DNA of 64,000 nucleotides from an uncultured Pseudomonadota bacterium (GTDB lineage: Bacteria > Pseudomonadota > Gammaproteobacteria > Methylococcales > Methylomonadaceae). Both the position numbers and the translations under genes were made by a program. Where the stretch lies: NCBI GenBank assembly GCA_903867225.1, contig CAIPQN010000042.1:102992-166991 (forward strand), in the 5' to 3' direction. This document shows, in pieces, positions 46,262 through 58,400 of the stretch (its first letter is position 1; every line of letters begins with the position of its first letter). The notes beneath the pieces were generated by a model. That model saw only the letters and a list, made by a program, of their open reading frames with translations. It ran no database searches and was not told where the DNA came from.

Positions 46262-48167
46262 CACCAGATTGATTGACTGGCGCAATGACTCGATGAAGAA
46301 TGGAAGGTGCAGTACGTCCTTTTAATAAACAATCGCCAACAACTTCGGTTTGATACAAATCACGAACGTAGTCGTAAGTTAAATCACCAATCAAAATACG
46401 ACAGGGATTTTCTTTTGTAGGGGGCGCAATGGTTTTATCAAAACTTTCAAAGCGCGAGGCAGTATTTACCGTATCACCAATCACGGTATATTCCATACGT
46501 TTTGAACTGCCAAAACTTCCCGCAACCACTGAACCTGTATAAATACCCGTTCGCATAGTTACTTCAGGCAAGCCTTGTGCTTTCCAACGAGCATTAAGAT
46601 CAACTAAATGACGATTAAATTCTACAGCGCAGGCAACTGCTTGACGGGCATCATTAGCAATACCTTCCTCAGAATCACGTTTAACGGGAACACCAAAAAT
46701 TGCCATAATCGCATCGCCAATATACTTATCAACCATGCCACCATGTTCCATCACAAGATTGCTCATGACTTCCATGTATTCATTGAGCCAATTCATCAAA
46801 ACCAGCGGCTGCATTTTTTCAGCAATCGTTGTGAAATTAGACAAATCCGTAAAAAGCACTGTTGCAGTTAGCGTGTCGGGTTTAATGCCATTTGCACTGA
46901 AAAATTCTTCCCGCACTTCCCATAAATGCGTAGCGACTTCTGGTGAAACGTGACGTGAAAATAATTGCATCAGTTGTCCGCGCTCGGCTCGACTTCGCGT
47001 GAAAAAATAAAACACGCTTAAAAACATCGACAATGTCCAGCCCAGTAATGGCGAAACGAAAGGCAACCACCAACTTTCATTCAACAAAAAGATGTTAATA
47101 CCAACAAGTAAAAATATCTGAACAGTAACTAAGAATAAAAATTGTAAAACGCCTGCACGAAACAATCCTGTCATCGCACCCAATAAACACCATAAAAGTA
47201 ACCAGCCATATTCAAAACGGTCAGACATCGCTTGCAAAGGCTGTTTTTTTTGTGTTGCTATGTTAAGTAATTGACTGACAAAATAGGCATGATGCTCAAT
47301 ACCGTAACGGGTTATTTGATTAGGAAGCAGCCAAAAATCTTGCAAACTCGGAGCCATTGCACCAAATAACACGATTTTATCTTTGAGTGCATCTTTTGGA
47401 ATTTTGTCATCGAGTAAATCAGAAAGTGTAAACGTCCGAAAAGATTGCGGTAGGGCGGGGAATTCAAGCATTGCTTGATAACCACCTGTATCCGCGTGAC
47501 GATACACCCCAAAATTTGGATCAATTTTGGGAACTGCAATTCCGTTAAGATTTAAATTTTGTTGTTCGTCAATTTGAACGGGGATATTGTCCGCTGCCAA
47601 ATAATGAAGACTGATAAGCAATGGAAACGAGTAATAACTACTTTCACCTACATCTAAAAACAATAAACCACGACGACTGACACCGTCAGGGTCTTCGATA
47701 ATGTTATTAAATGCTGTTTTCAACGGATTACCCGCTATTGCGGCTGGTGCTTGAACAAATGTTTGTGTTGAATTACCAGCAAAGAAAATCCATACGATAT
47801 TACTATTTTTTTCCAGCACATTTTTGAGATTATCTGTGCCAGGCGCAACGGGTAAGTCACGATATTTATCAATGCCAATAACCCGCGTGCCTTCGGTTTC
47901 TAATTTTTGCACCGCGTCAGCAAATACTTGATCCGATAATGGATGACCATAACGACGAATATCAGGCTCAGTTTCACCAATTACCGTAATTCGATCATCA
48001 ATTTTCAGTTCGGGACGTTGCAATAATTGTTGATCAAACGCCCGCAATTCTAAACCTTGCAATACGCCTGTGGATTGCAGCCCAAAAAGAATAATCGACG
48101 TGGCAAAACCAAGCAAAATGCAGATTAAAATCGAATGCTGCAACCATTTTTTAAGTAACTTTTTCAC
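46251..48167 (-). CDS. CHASE2 sensor domain - class III adenylate cyclase
   Basis: 638 aa. N-terminal TM, a periplasmic CHASE2-like region of about 300 aa, then 3 TM segments. Cyclase domain: TVLFTDLSNFTTIAE, GGMVDKYIGDAIMAIFG, YTVIGDTVNTASRFES. The Lys/Thr substrate pair suggests ATP. GTG start. The 3' end overlaps the convergent 966-aa gene by 11 bp. Confidence 0.85.
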   Translation of the reverse strand: MKKLLKKWLQHSILICILLGFATSIILFGLQSTGVLQGLELRAFDQQLLQRPELKIDDRITVIGETEPDIRRYGHPLSDQVFADAVQKLETEGTRVIGIDKYRDLPVAPGTDNLKNVLEKNSNIVWIFFAGNSTQTFVQAPAAIAGNPLKTAFNNIIEDPDGVSRRGLLFLDVGESSYYSFPLLISLHYLAADNIPVQIDEQQNLNLNGIAVPKIDPNFGVYRHADTGGYQAMLEFPALPQSFRTFTLSDLLDDKIPKDALKDKIVLFGAMAPSLQDFWLLPNQITRYGIEHHAYFVSQLLNIATQKKQPLQAMSDRFEYGWLLLWCLLGAMTGLFRAGVLQFLFLVTVQIFLLVGINIFLLNESWWLPFVSPLLGWTLSMFLSVFYFFTRSRAERGQLMQLFSRHVSPEVATHLWEVREEFFSANGIKPDTLTATVLFTDLSNFTTIAEKMQPLVLMNWLNEYMEVMSNLVMEHGGMVDKYIGDAIMAIFGVPVKRDSEEGIANDARQAVACAVEFNRHLVDLNARWKAQGLPEVTMRTGIYTGSVVAGSFGSSKRMEYTVIGDTVNTASRFESFDKTIAPPTKENPCRILIGDLTYDYVRDLYQTEVVGDCLLKGRTAPSILHRVIAPVNQSGVTK

Positions 48168-48179
48168 TGACGTGACAGA

Positions 48180-48779
48180 CTAATTGCCGATGTGAATGTC
48201 AGCTTGCTTTAATAAAGCAGGGATTTGTGGCGATTTTTGCTCGGATAATGTTTGCAATAAATCGTACCAAACGCCCGCTTCGGCTAATTTTTTAGTGTCG
48301 TTTAAAGCAATGTTTGTATCTTCGCGACGAATCGTCGCACTGGCAATCACATCTTTGCCGCGATTTTCAGGGTCGCTCACGACAGCAACTGTCCAACGAT
48401 ATTCTTTACCTTTTTCAAGTTGCACATTGAAATCAGACAGTTTGACCGCTTGAATTCCTGCTTTTGAAACGGCGGGTAAAGTTTGTTCAGTGAGTGATTC
48501 TCCGCTTTCTGTTCCCATTGAAAATTCAATTGTGCTATTTGAACCACCTGAAACATAAAAATACAGTGTTGGTGCTGCTTGCGAAGTCAACGCGGTTTGA
48601 GCGGGGGCGAGTGCTTGCACGCTAATTTCAGATTTACCAATACCGCGTGTTCCTCCACCAATGCGCGTTTCAGGTGCACCTGTTTTGGGTAAATTCAACA
48701 TCAATGCAGGCTCTGCATTCACAAACACAGGCAATAACAACATTGATAATAACGCACTTTTTACAGCGGATTTTTTCAT
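48180..48779 (-). CDS. Secreted DUF928-like protein
   Basis: 199 aa. Signal peptide, then LPKTGAPETRIGGGTRG ... ALAPAQTALTSQAAPTLYFYV ... IEFSM ... LEKGKEYRWTVAVVSDPENRGKDVIASATIRR. This matches my recollection of the DUF928 family pattern. 12-nt gap to the CHASE2 cyclase gene downstream. Confidence 0.7.
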   Translation of the reverse strand: MKKSAVKSALLSMLLLPVFVNAEPALMLNLPKTGAPETRIGGGTRGIGKSEISVQALAPAQTALTSQAAPTLYFYVSGGSNSTIEFSMGTESGESLTEQTLPAVSKAGIQAVKLSDFNVQLEKGKEYRWTVAVVSDPENRGKDVIASATIRREDTNIALNDTKKLAEAGVWYDLLQTLSEQKSPQIPALLKQADIHIGN

Positions 48780-49026
48780 AAAACCTCCTAAAAATTAACA
48801 AAATGTTCTTTAGTGATAATGCCTTGAGCAGCTTGGTAAGTCAACATGTGTTTTGTTACAGTTTTCCTATCGCCAAAAATAAAAATAATCTTAATAATCA
48901 TGTCATTAGATTGATTGTAGGTGAGGATTTTTTAAGGGGAAAATGACTTGAACATGCTATAAAAAAAGTCTACCCTGTTAAGCAAATCTTTTGATTAAAC
49001 TTTTTTAAATTTTTTGGAGAATAGCA

Positions 49027-52000
49027 ATGGCATTAACAATTACAAGAAATCAAGGCGCAGCTAGTGTTGCAGGTGTTGCGGAAGTTGCGACCGCTACTTT
49101 TGGTTATTTAGGTGCTGGATTCACATTTACACTTGCAGGCATCACTATCAGTGATTCATCAGGTTCTACAGCAGTTGACGCTGCTGATGCTTTTTATTTG
49201 TATGCAACAGGTACAGCTACTAGTGCTTATCCATACATTACTTTTTCGGGTGTATTATCAACCGACTACTCTGTATCCCACACAAATGGAAGTAATATCC
49301 TGACTTTTTCAGGTAAAACTCCTAGTAATTTAAATGATTTATCTGCAACTGGAGCAAATGGAGGAAACCCAAATACGATTGCTGTAGCAATTACAACTCA
49401 AGGCGTTGCTCCTACCCTAGGGGTAACAGAAACCACAGACGTGGGATTCGTTGATTTAGTCGCGGGTGAAAAATTAACTATTGGCGGACTTACTGTTACA
49501 GCAACAGCAACTGTAACAGCGGCAAATGTTGCAGCGGCTTTTGCTAGTACGGCAACAGGCAATACAACCACAGGTCTTACATTTTCAGGCTCGTTAATTG
49601 GTTTTACGTCGTCAGCTGTTAGCAATGGAAATCACGTTGTTTTTACTTCTGTTACGTCGAATTCAAATGTTGATGACCTTGTTGTGAATTATTCACCTGT
49701 TATAACAACAATACCAATTAACGGCACAGAAGACGTAATAATTCCAATTATGCTATCTGCCGTTGATATGGATGGTTCGGTTGCTAGCTTTAAAGTTACC
49801 AATTTGCCTACAGATGGTGTGTTGTATTTAGACGTTAATTTGACTATGCCTGTTACAACAGTCAATTCATCAATAACTACAGCATCAAACACTTTAAATC
49901 TTTACTTCAAACCCAACGCAAACTGGAACGGAACAACAGCATTTAATTACGTTGCCGTTGATAACAATAACGCTGAATCTACACCTGCAACTCAAAATAT
50001 CGATGTAAATCCAGTTCCAGATGCACCTACGATTGGCACGCCGCCTATATCTAGCATTGCCATTACACAAGGCACTGTTAGTACACATGAAACTGCTGTC
50101 GTGACATTTGCCGCACTTAATAAGGGTGATTTTTTCACGCTTAATGGCGTTTCGGTTTATGCGACGAATGCAGCTACCGCTACACAAGTTGCCGCTGTTT
50201 TTTCGAATCTTTCGATAAATTCACATTTTAATAATGATGTACTCTTCGGAAAACTTGTTCTGAATGGAACGATGTATCCCGAATATGGAGCAGGGGTTGC
50301 CTCAGGCTCAACCGTTACGTTTACTAGTCCAACTAATAGCAACATGCCAGATTTGGCGTTGATGGGAACTGGCGTTACTCTCCTCGAAGCACCAACACTT
50401 ACAGCAACAGGCAGTTTTCCCATTAACGATGTTGATTTTGCAACAGGTGGCGATACGGTTTCTGTTGAAGTTGCGGGTGTCAATGTTTCTGGATACTCAC
50501 CAAATGGAAATGGCAATGCCGCATCGTTAGCTGCTTTATTAAACAACAGTAGTACGTCATTTTTGTTATTATCGCCAGAAACATTAACTGCAAACGGCAA
50601 CGTAAATTGGAATTTTGATATTGCAAATATCCCCGATTTTGCAAGTTTGTTGAATGGGGAATCGATTAACTTTTCTTACCAAATAGAAGCGACAGATAGT
50701 AATAACGCAGTTAGCTGGACAACGTTAAATTTCAATGTTCAAGGTAAAACTCAAATTCTCGATGCAACGTCAGTAGATGGCTTACTTGCCAATGGATCTG
50801 CCGAACAACAGGTCGCAACGGTTACGGTTCAAACTGAAAACGGCACCCTAATTAGATTGTTTGATACATCGACTGGATTGGATGTTACTAACAAATTCAA
50901 TTTAGGATATGACGTAGCGAAAGACTTAAACGCTGGAATTAAAACGCTGACATTTGAGTTAAAAGACGGTGTTGGTTACAACGGCACAAAATCACTCATT
51001 GCAAAATCGTTTCTTGATGCAGATACAGGTTTTAGTTCTGTACAAAGCACATTTACTGTCCCTAGCTTTACTATCCCAGATGGTGCAGATGTTTACTATG
51101 GCACAACAGGCAATGACCTGATTACTGGTAGTGCAGGTTCTGATACGTTATCAGGTGGTTTGGGTGACGATACTTACTTCATCAATGATGCGAATAATGT
51201 AATTGTTGAAGACTCTATAACAGGAGGAGGTTTTGATACTGTACATTCAACCGTTTCTTACACACTCCCTTTAAATGTTGAAAATTTATTTCTTGGTGGC
51301 AATACTGCCATTAACGGAACAGGAAATACTGTTGGTAACAATTGGATTCATGGTAACGATGCCGTTAACACGCTTGATGATGGTGGTTCAGCACCTTCTC
51401 TGCCAACTATCGGAAATATTGCACCTGATACGTTGTCAGGTGGAAAGGGGAGTGACATTTACATTGTTCATAGTAGTGGAACGATGGTTATGGGCGAAAC
51501 CAATATCGGTGGTGTTGATACGGTTCAAAGTTTTGTTAATTTTGTGTTGCCAAAAAATGTTGAAAATCTCACGCTTATGGGAACGCTTAACGCTTCTGGT
51601 AAAGGTAATAACTTAGCAAATATAATCATTGGCAATACTGGCAATAATACGCTTGATGGTGGAGCAGGTGCTGATGTGCTTACAGGTGGAGCGGGTGATG
51701 ATTTGTACATTATTGACCGTGCAACGGATGTTGTTGATGAAACAGTAACAGGAAGCGGCGGAACAGATACGGTTCAATCAATCGTGACTTACACATTACC
51801 TGCAAATGTTGAAAACTTAACATTAGTTGGGTTAGCAACGATTAGTGGAATTGGTAATGTGGCTGATAATGTCATCATAGGAAATGGTGCTGCAAATACA
51901 TTGAATGGTGATGCGGGTAACGATATATTGAGAGGGGATAATGGCAATGATTCCTTAATCGGTGGTGCGGGAAGTGACACATTGATTGGTGGAATCGGCG

Positions 52001-52359
52001 TTGATACTTTAACAGGCGGTGGTGGTACTGATACTTTTAGCGATACTTTCATGTTTGATTCTCTAATGGATATGGGAGCCGCTACGCGCCGCGATGTGGT
52101 TACGGATTTCCAAACGGGTGTAGATAAAATTGATATGTATGGTACTTTCACCTTAACAGGTTCTGCTGGAACTTTAGGCACAGCTCCATTTACTACGACG
52201 GCAAATCAAATTCGTTGGTCGTTTTATGGTGATGGAATAGCTAATCCTTATTATGCAGTTGTTCAAGGCAACACAGATACGAATCCCGCGACAGTTGAAT
52301 TTGAAATTAAATTAAATGGCGTGACGGCACTTGCGGCAGGTGATTTTATTTTGACGTAA
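49027..52359 (+). CDS. Large RTX calcium-binding protein with cadherin-like and VCBS-like modules, probable T1SS substrate
   Basis: 1110 aa. Three N-terminal Thr/Ala-rich ~90-aa modules. A cadherin-like module (GTEDVIIPIMLSAVDMDGS..FKPNANWNGTTAFNYVAVDNNN..VPDAPT). A VCBS-like block (NWNFDI..LLNGESINFSYQIEATDSNN). Repeated ..DTVQS.V.YTLP.NVENLTL.G.. units with GGAGADVLTGGAGDD nonapeptides. C-terminal ..VTALAAGDFILT. Confidence 0.85.
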   Translation: MALTITRNQGAASVAGVAEVATATFGYLGAGFTFTLAGITISDSSGSTAVDAADAFYLYATGTATSAYPYITFSGVLSTDYSVSHTNGSNILTFSGKTPSNLNDLSATGANGGNPNTIAVAITTQGVAPTLGVTETTDVGFVDLVAGEKLTIGGLTVTATATVTAANVAAAFASTATGNTTTGLTFSGSLIGFTSSAVSNGNHVVFTSVTSNSNVDDLVVNYSPVITTIPINGTEDVIIPIMLSAVDMDGSVASFKVTNLPTDGVLYLDVNLTMPVTTVNSSITTASNTLNLYFKPNANWNGTTAFNYVAVDNNNAESTPATQNIDVNPVPDAPTIGTPPISSIAITQGTVSTHETAVVTFAALNKGDFFTLNGVSVYATNAATATQVAAVFSNLSINSHFNNDVLFGKLVLNGTMYPEYGAGVASGSTVTFTSPTNSNMPDLALMGTGVTLLEAPTLTATGSFPINDVDFATGGDTVSVEVAGVNVSGYSPNGNGNAASLAALLNNSSTSFLLLSPETLTANGNVNWNFDIANIPDFASLLNGESINFSYQIEATDSNNAVSWTTLNFNVQGKTQILDATSVDGLLANGSAEQQVATVTVQTENGTLIRLFDTSTGLDVTNKFNLGYDVAKDLNAGIKTLTFELKDGVGYNGTKSLIAKSFLDADTGFSSVQSTFTVPSFTIPDGADVYYGTTGNDLITGSAGSDTLSGGLGDDTYFINDANNVIVEDSITGGGFDTVHSTVSYTLPLNVENLFLGGNTAINGTGNTVGNNWIHGNDAVNTLDDGGSAPSLPTIGNIAPDTLSGGKGSDIYIVHSSGTMVMGETNIGGVDTVQSFVNFVLPKNVENLTLMGTLNASGKGNNLANIIIGNTGNNTLDGGAGADVLTGGAGDDLYIIDRATDVVDETVTGSGGTDTVQSIVTYTLPANVENLTLVGLATISGIGNVADNVIIGNGAANTLNGDAGNDILRGDNGNDSLIGGAGSDTLIGGIGVDTLTGGGGTDTFSDTFMFDSLMDMGAATRRDVVTDFQTGVDKIDMYGTFTLTGSAGTLGTAPFTTTANQIRWSFYGDGIANPYYAVVQGNTDTNPATVEFEIKLNGVTALAAGDFILT

Positions 52360-52428
52360 GATAAATTGATAGAAACGGGTTTTAAAACGCTTCTACGACT
52401 AAACAAATTTTTAACAGGTTAATTTTTT

Positions 52429-55400
52429 ATGGCAACACAGCTAACAACAACAGTTTCTGGCAATTCTATTTCAGTAGACGATAATTTTTCGACTATCGAA
52501 AAGGTTTCGCTTGAACTAGATTCTGCGAATCCTGTTTTTGTTAGTGTTGTTAATGGCAGCGTTAATGCACCTGCGTTACAGGCTTATTTGAATCGCTCAG
52601 AAGCAAAAGCCGTTTTAGCAGAATTGTTTTCGTTATCGAGTTCAGGAACAGGTGTTACTCAATTATCAGGCGCAGATGTTTGGGAACTCACGCAAGCAGG
52701 TTCACTTACTTGGGCGTTTAATTCAAATGTGCCTTATTTTGAATCGTTACTAACGGGCGAATCTCTTACTTTAACGTATCACCTTGTTGCTCATGATTCG
52801 CTTGGTAATGAAATCACTCAAGATATTCCCGTGCAAATTGTTGGTGAAACAAAAATCATCAATGTTGCCACGCAAAATGGCGTAGTTGCCGATTCTTCTG
52901 TATCAATTGAAGGAATCCCAGCAACGCTGACGGTAACAACCGAGGCGAATACCACTTTAAAAATTTTTGATGGTAGTACAGATATTACGTCTAGTTTTTC
53001 AACAGACATAATTGGCAATCAATCAGGTGAAGACGGTTTTACTCAAGGCATTTGGACGGTTATTTTTTCGCCAACGTCGAGTGCTTATTACGGAAAATCT
53101 TTAACGCTTAAATCTACATCATCAAATGGCGTAACAATTTACGATTCAAAAAGTGTTGATTCAAAAAGTGCTAATTTAACTCTTGTGATGACTGATTCGA
53201 TTCCGCCAGCCGCCCCGACGATTACTGAAACAGGCTCAACGAAATTAAGTGATGGCATAATGAATGCTGTCGAAGCCATCAGCACTAACTTTAGAGTGAG
53301 TTTGTCCACAACAGGATCACGGGCGGTAATAGGCGATATTGTTAAATTATCGCTAAATGGTTCTGTTTCAAAATCTCTAACGCTTAGTAGCGGTAATATC
53401 AGTGCTGGCTTTGTTGATTTCACATTAGTGACAACAGATTTAGGCAGCGACAGCGACAAATCAATCACCGCGACAGTTACTGACGCAGCAGGTAATGTCA
53501 GTTCAGCTGCTACGCTCCCAACGTTTAAGTTAATAACTGCATTGCCAACTGCTCCAACACTCGCTCTTGACGTAGATACTGGAAAATCAACTGACAACAT
53601 TACCAGCGTTGGTCGAGTTGTAATTTCGAGTTTGGGAGCGAGTGCGTCGTGGGAATACAGTCTTAATAGTGGAAGTCACTGGACAACAGGTTCTGGCAGT
53701 AAATTCACCGTTACAGGCGATGGAAATAAAACGGTTCTTGCAAGGCAAATTGATAGCGCGGGGAATATCTCCCCCCAAACCGCCAGTTTCAATTTTGTTT
53801 TAGATACGAATGCGCCAATTACATTGACTGCAAATAGAGCCGAATTAAGTGATTCTTTGGTTAATCTTTCAGAAGCTAACGCGGGTGTTAGTTTCAGAGT
53901 CAATTTAATTGGCGATGTAGTTTTAGGTGATACCGTTAGTTTATTGTTAGGCGGTAATGCTTTCAATACACCAATAAGTCAAACAATCAGTAATCAAAAT
54001 TTATCTGATGGTTACGTTGATTTTTCTGTTTCAAAAACGCAGTTAGGTTCTGAAGGCATAAAATCAATTACGGCTAAATTAGTTGATGCAACGAATAATA
54101 CAACCTTAACATCGCCGATTGCATTTACCTTAGACACGATTGCCCCTACTGCTCCGAGTATCGCTGAACACAGCAGTTCCACTGATTTAAACGATGGAAA
54201 AATGAACGATGTCGAATCGGTCAGCACTACTTTTCAAGTTAGTTTGTTAAATACTGGAGCGGTTGTAGGCGACAAAGTCGAATTGTTAATCGGTGGAAGT
54301 TCATTTAGTTCGGCGAAAGTTATAACGTTAGGAACTCTAAATATCACGAATGGCTATGTTGATTTTACAGTTGTAAAAAATGATTTAGGTATTGATGGCA
54401 GCAAATCATTGACAGCAAAAGTAACCGATATTGCTGGAAACGCTGGTGTTGCAAATGGCGCGTTGACATTCATATTGGATACGGTTGCGCCTGTACCGAG
54501 TAGCATAACTGTTGATACTGTTTTAGCAGATAGTTTTTTGAATAGTGCAGAAGTTGTCAGTGCGATTCCGTTTAAAGTGAGTTTCAATGCTCTTGATTCT
54601 TCGGACACTGTGCAATTGTGGTTAAACGGCGTATTGATTAATAAATCACCGACGACGATTGATGTAAGCAACCATGTTGCGACTTTCAATTTAACAAAAA
54701 CGGATTTAGGTTCTGATGGTTTTAAATCTTTATCTGCAACACTAATTGATTCTGCTGGAAATACAAATGTTTTAGCAACTCCGTTGACGTTCACATTAGA
54801 TTCGACTGTTCCGTCTGCACCGACACTTAGTGAATATGGCTCAACAGATTTATTTGACGGGTTAATGAATAATGCCGAAGCGGCAACAACGACTTTTAGA
54901 GCAACATTGCCAACTCTGGGTTCACGCGCTGTTGCGGGTGATAAGATTCAATTGTTTGGTGCAACACCTACACAAAATAACGTAGAGCTAACAGCTACTA
55001 ACATTACAAATGGCTATGTTGATTTTACTGTTTTACAAGAAAATTTAGGTAGTGACGGTGTTAAATCACTCACTTCAAAAATCACCGACAAAGCAGGGAA
55101 CGTCGGTTCAGTGAGTAGTCCAATTACTTTTACACTTGATACAACTGCGCCAGTAATTCCTACATTTGCGACGGTTGCCGTATTATCAGACGGAAAACTA
55201 AACAATTTAGAAGCAGTTAACACTGTGTTTCAAGTAAATTTAACGGCTGCTGCAAAAGGCGATAAAGTTGAATTGTTACTAAAAGATGGTTTATTAAATC
55301 TTGGCTCTTTTGGGATTCCAAAAATTGTCACGCTAGTCAGTGATATTACAAATAGTTCTGTTAATTTTACTGTCACAAAATCCGATTTAGGAACAGATGG

Positions 55401-58400
55401 CTCTAAAGAACTAACTGCAATTATTACCGATTTAGCAGGAAATAAAACGACGAGTGCGGCGACAACGTTTGATTTAAAAGCAACGCTACCGACTACGCCA
55501 ACATTAAGTTTTACCGACACGGGAATTGCAACAGATAGCATCACCAATAATCCGTTGGTTAATGTTGGTCAATTGCTCAGTGGAACTAGCACGTCGTGGC
55601 AATGGCAATACGTTACTGATGGTACTAATTGGAATACTGGTTCTGGTACTTCATTTAGTGTCACAGATAACGGAACTAAATCAATTCTAGTTCGTCAAAC
55701 AGATACGGCAGGCAATATCTCCAATGTTAGTAATTTGAATTTTACCTATGATGGAACTAAGCCTAATACGCCTACATTGACTGAGACAACAAACTATTCA
55801 GCAGATACTTTTATCAATAAAGTCGAAGCTGTTAATACAACATTTCGAGTCGCTTTAAATAGTACGATAGCGAATACAGTAAATGTTGGCGATAAAGTTG
55901 AATTGTTGCTAGGTGGTGCTTCATTCAGCACACCAAAATTAATAACGATAAGTGACGCTGATAGAACAAAAGGCTATGTTGATTTCACCGTTTTAAAAAC
56001 TGATTTGGGTAACGATGACAACAAATTTATCACCGCAAAAATTACTGATATTGCAGGTAATTCTTCAACTAGTTCTGCTGTTACTTTTACCTTAGATACA
56101 GTTGCCACAAACGCCCCAACGGTTACAGAAGTAACGTCAACTAAATTAATCGACGGCAAATTAAACTATGACGAAACCACAACAAATACATCGTTTCGTG
56201 TTGCGTTACCGACTTCTGGAATACTTGCATTAACAGATGATAAGGTTGAATTGTTATTAAATGGCGCGTCATTTAGTACGAAAAAAACTCTTGTTAGTGG
56301 TGATTTAACAAATAGATACATTGATTTTTCACTTTCAAAAGCCGATTTAGGTACTGATGGTGATAAAGTTTTAACAGCTGTAATTACAGATAAAGCAGGA
56401 AATAGCAGTTCTCAGAGTTCTGCTGTTAATTTTAAGTTAAAAGCAACTTTGCCTGCAACACCAGCCGTTTCAGAATTTGGCACAACGTATTTGAGTGATA
56501 ACGTATTGAATAATGCAGAAGCGATTAGCACCGTTTTTCAAGTCAGCTTTCCAAAAAATACGCTTAGTGTTGGCGATAAAGTCGAGTTATTGCTTGGCGG
56601 TAGTTCTTTTAGCATAACAAAAATTTCCACTTTAGATGCGACTGCTATTAGCAATGGCTACGCAAATTTTACTGTTTTAGAAGCAGATTATTCAGGCGAT
56701 GGCAATAAAGCTCTAACTGCCAAAATTACGGACACATTCGGCAATATAAGTGCAGCAAGTAAAGCTGTTGAATTTGTCCTCAATACATCAACGACAACAA
56801 CAAACTTTCGTGTTGAATTACCAACTTCATTAGCAATTTCTGGTAATAAAGTGGAAGTGTTATTAGATGGACAATCGTTTAATGATTCTGTTAATCCAAG
56901 CAGCGTAATACTTGGCAGTAATTCGACAAGTGTTAATTTTAAAATTCTAACTTCTACGGTAGGCACAAAAAAACTAACTTCTGTCATTACCGATGCAACT
57001 TCAGCACACAATCGTTATTATTTAGACAGCAGTTTTAGCGTTGCTTCAACAGGCATAAAAACGACTATTACGACGATTATCGCTAAAAGTTCAGCGGAAG
57101 TTTTACAGAGCAAAACAGTCACAACTGTTACTGATGATAAAGGCTATTTAAAAACTACGATTCAAGAATATGATGCTGTTAATACGTTATCAAAAACAAC
57201 TGTAAAAGAAAGTGTTAAAACGACGGTTACACAAGATTCAGTTACAACCATTTCAATAAATACGACGGGCTTAGTTGGTGATGTTGGAACAACTTACACA
57301 GCGTATAAAATCATTGAGCGTGATGGTTCGACAACGACTTATTATTTAAACAATACAACAGACCAGCAGTTAGTTAATTACACAAACACAGTCTTAAATA
57401 CCAATACAACTAGCGTAAAATTTTATAGCAACGTCGGTGCATTTTTGTCACGCACAGACACAACACTCGTGGCTGCAACAACGTTAATAAATCATTACAA
57501 TTCTGCCAATGTTTTAACAGATAGTGTGTTAATTGATGGCGTAAAAACAACGACTAAAAACTCCAATGGCGCGGTGACAAATATCAGCATTGATACAACA
57601 ACGCTAACAGGTGTTTCTTATTCGTATGACGAAAATTTGGTTAATTACACTGATGGGAGTACAACTTACACTCTTGATACATCAAAAGTTTTAGTTAAAT
57701 ACAGTGTTGCTACAACTGCATCGGTATTAAGTAGTGGTGTGACGGTAACAATCAGCCAAATCTATAATAATTTAGGTGTGAAAATCGGTGACGGCAAACT
57801 TAGCACGCAAGATACTCATTCAAACTACACCGAAACAACAACGGTGCAAAACAGCAACGGTTCAACCGTTACAAATACTGTTATCAACGATGGTTATAAA
57901 ATTTCATCTGTTGCACTTTATGACACAGGCGGCACATTGCTCAGTAGCCAACAAATCGACGGAATTAAAACGACATCTTTCAATGCAGCTGGTGTTGTAA
58001 CAAGTATTGCAATAAATGTTGGTGGTTTAAATTACTCGACTGTTGATGGTTATAACGTTTATAGCGTGAGTGATAGTTCAGGTGGTACAAATAGTTACTA
58101 TCTCAAAGCGAATGCACTGATCAAATACAGTTCAACGCAAACAAGTAGCAGTGTTAATACTGATGGCGTGAATCACACAATAAAAACGGTGTCACGTTTT
58201 GATAATCTAGGCATTTTTACGGACAAATCAGTTAGCGTCGCGTCAACACAAAATGGTTACATCACTTCAACAACCAAAGACTATAACGCGCAAGGTGTTT
58301 TAACTGGTAGTAGCCAAACTGATGGCATTAAAACTACAATTTATGGCGCAACAGGCAATGTCATATTAATTTCAATTGATACGACAGGATTAACGGGAAC

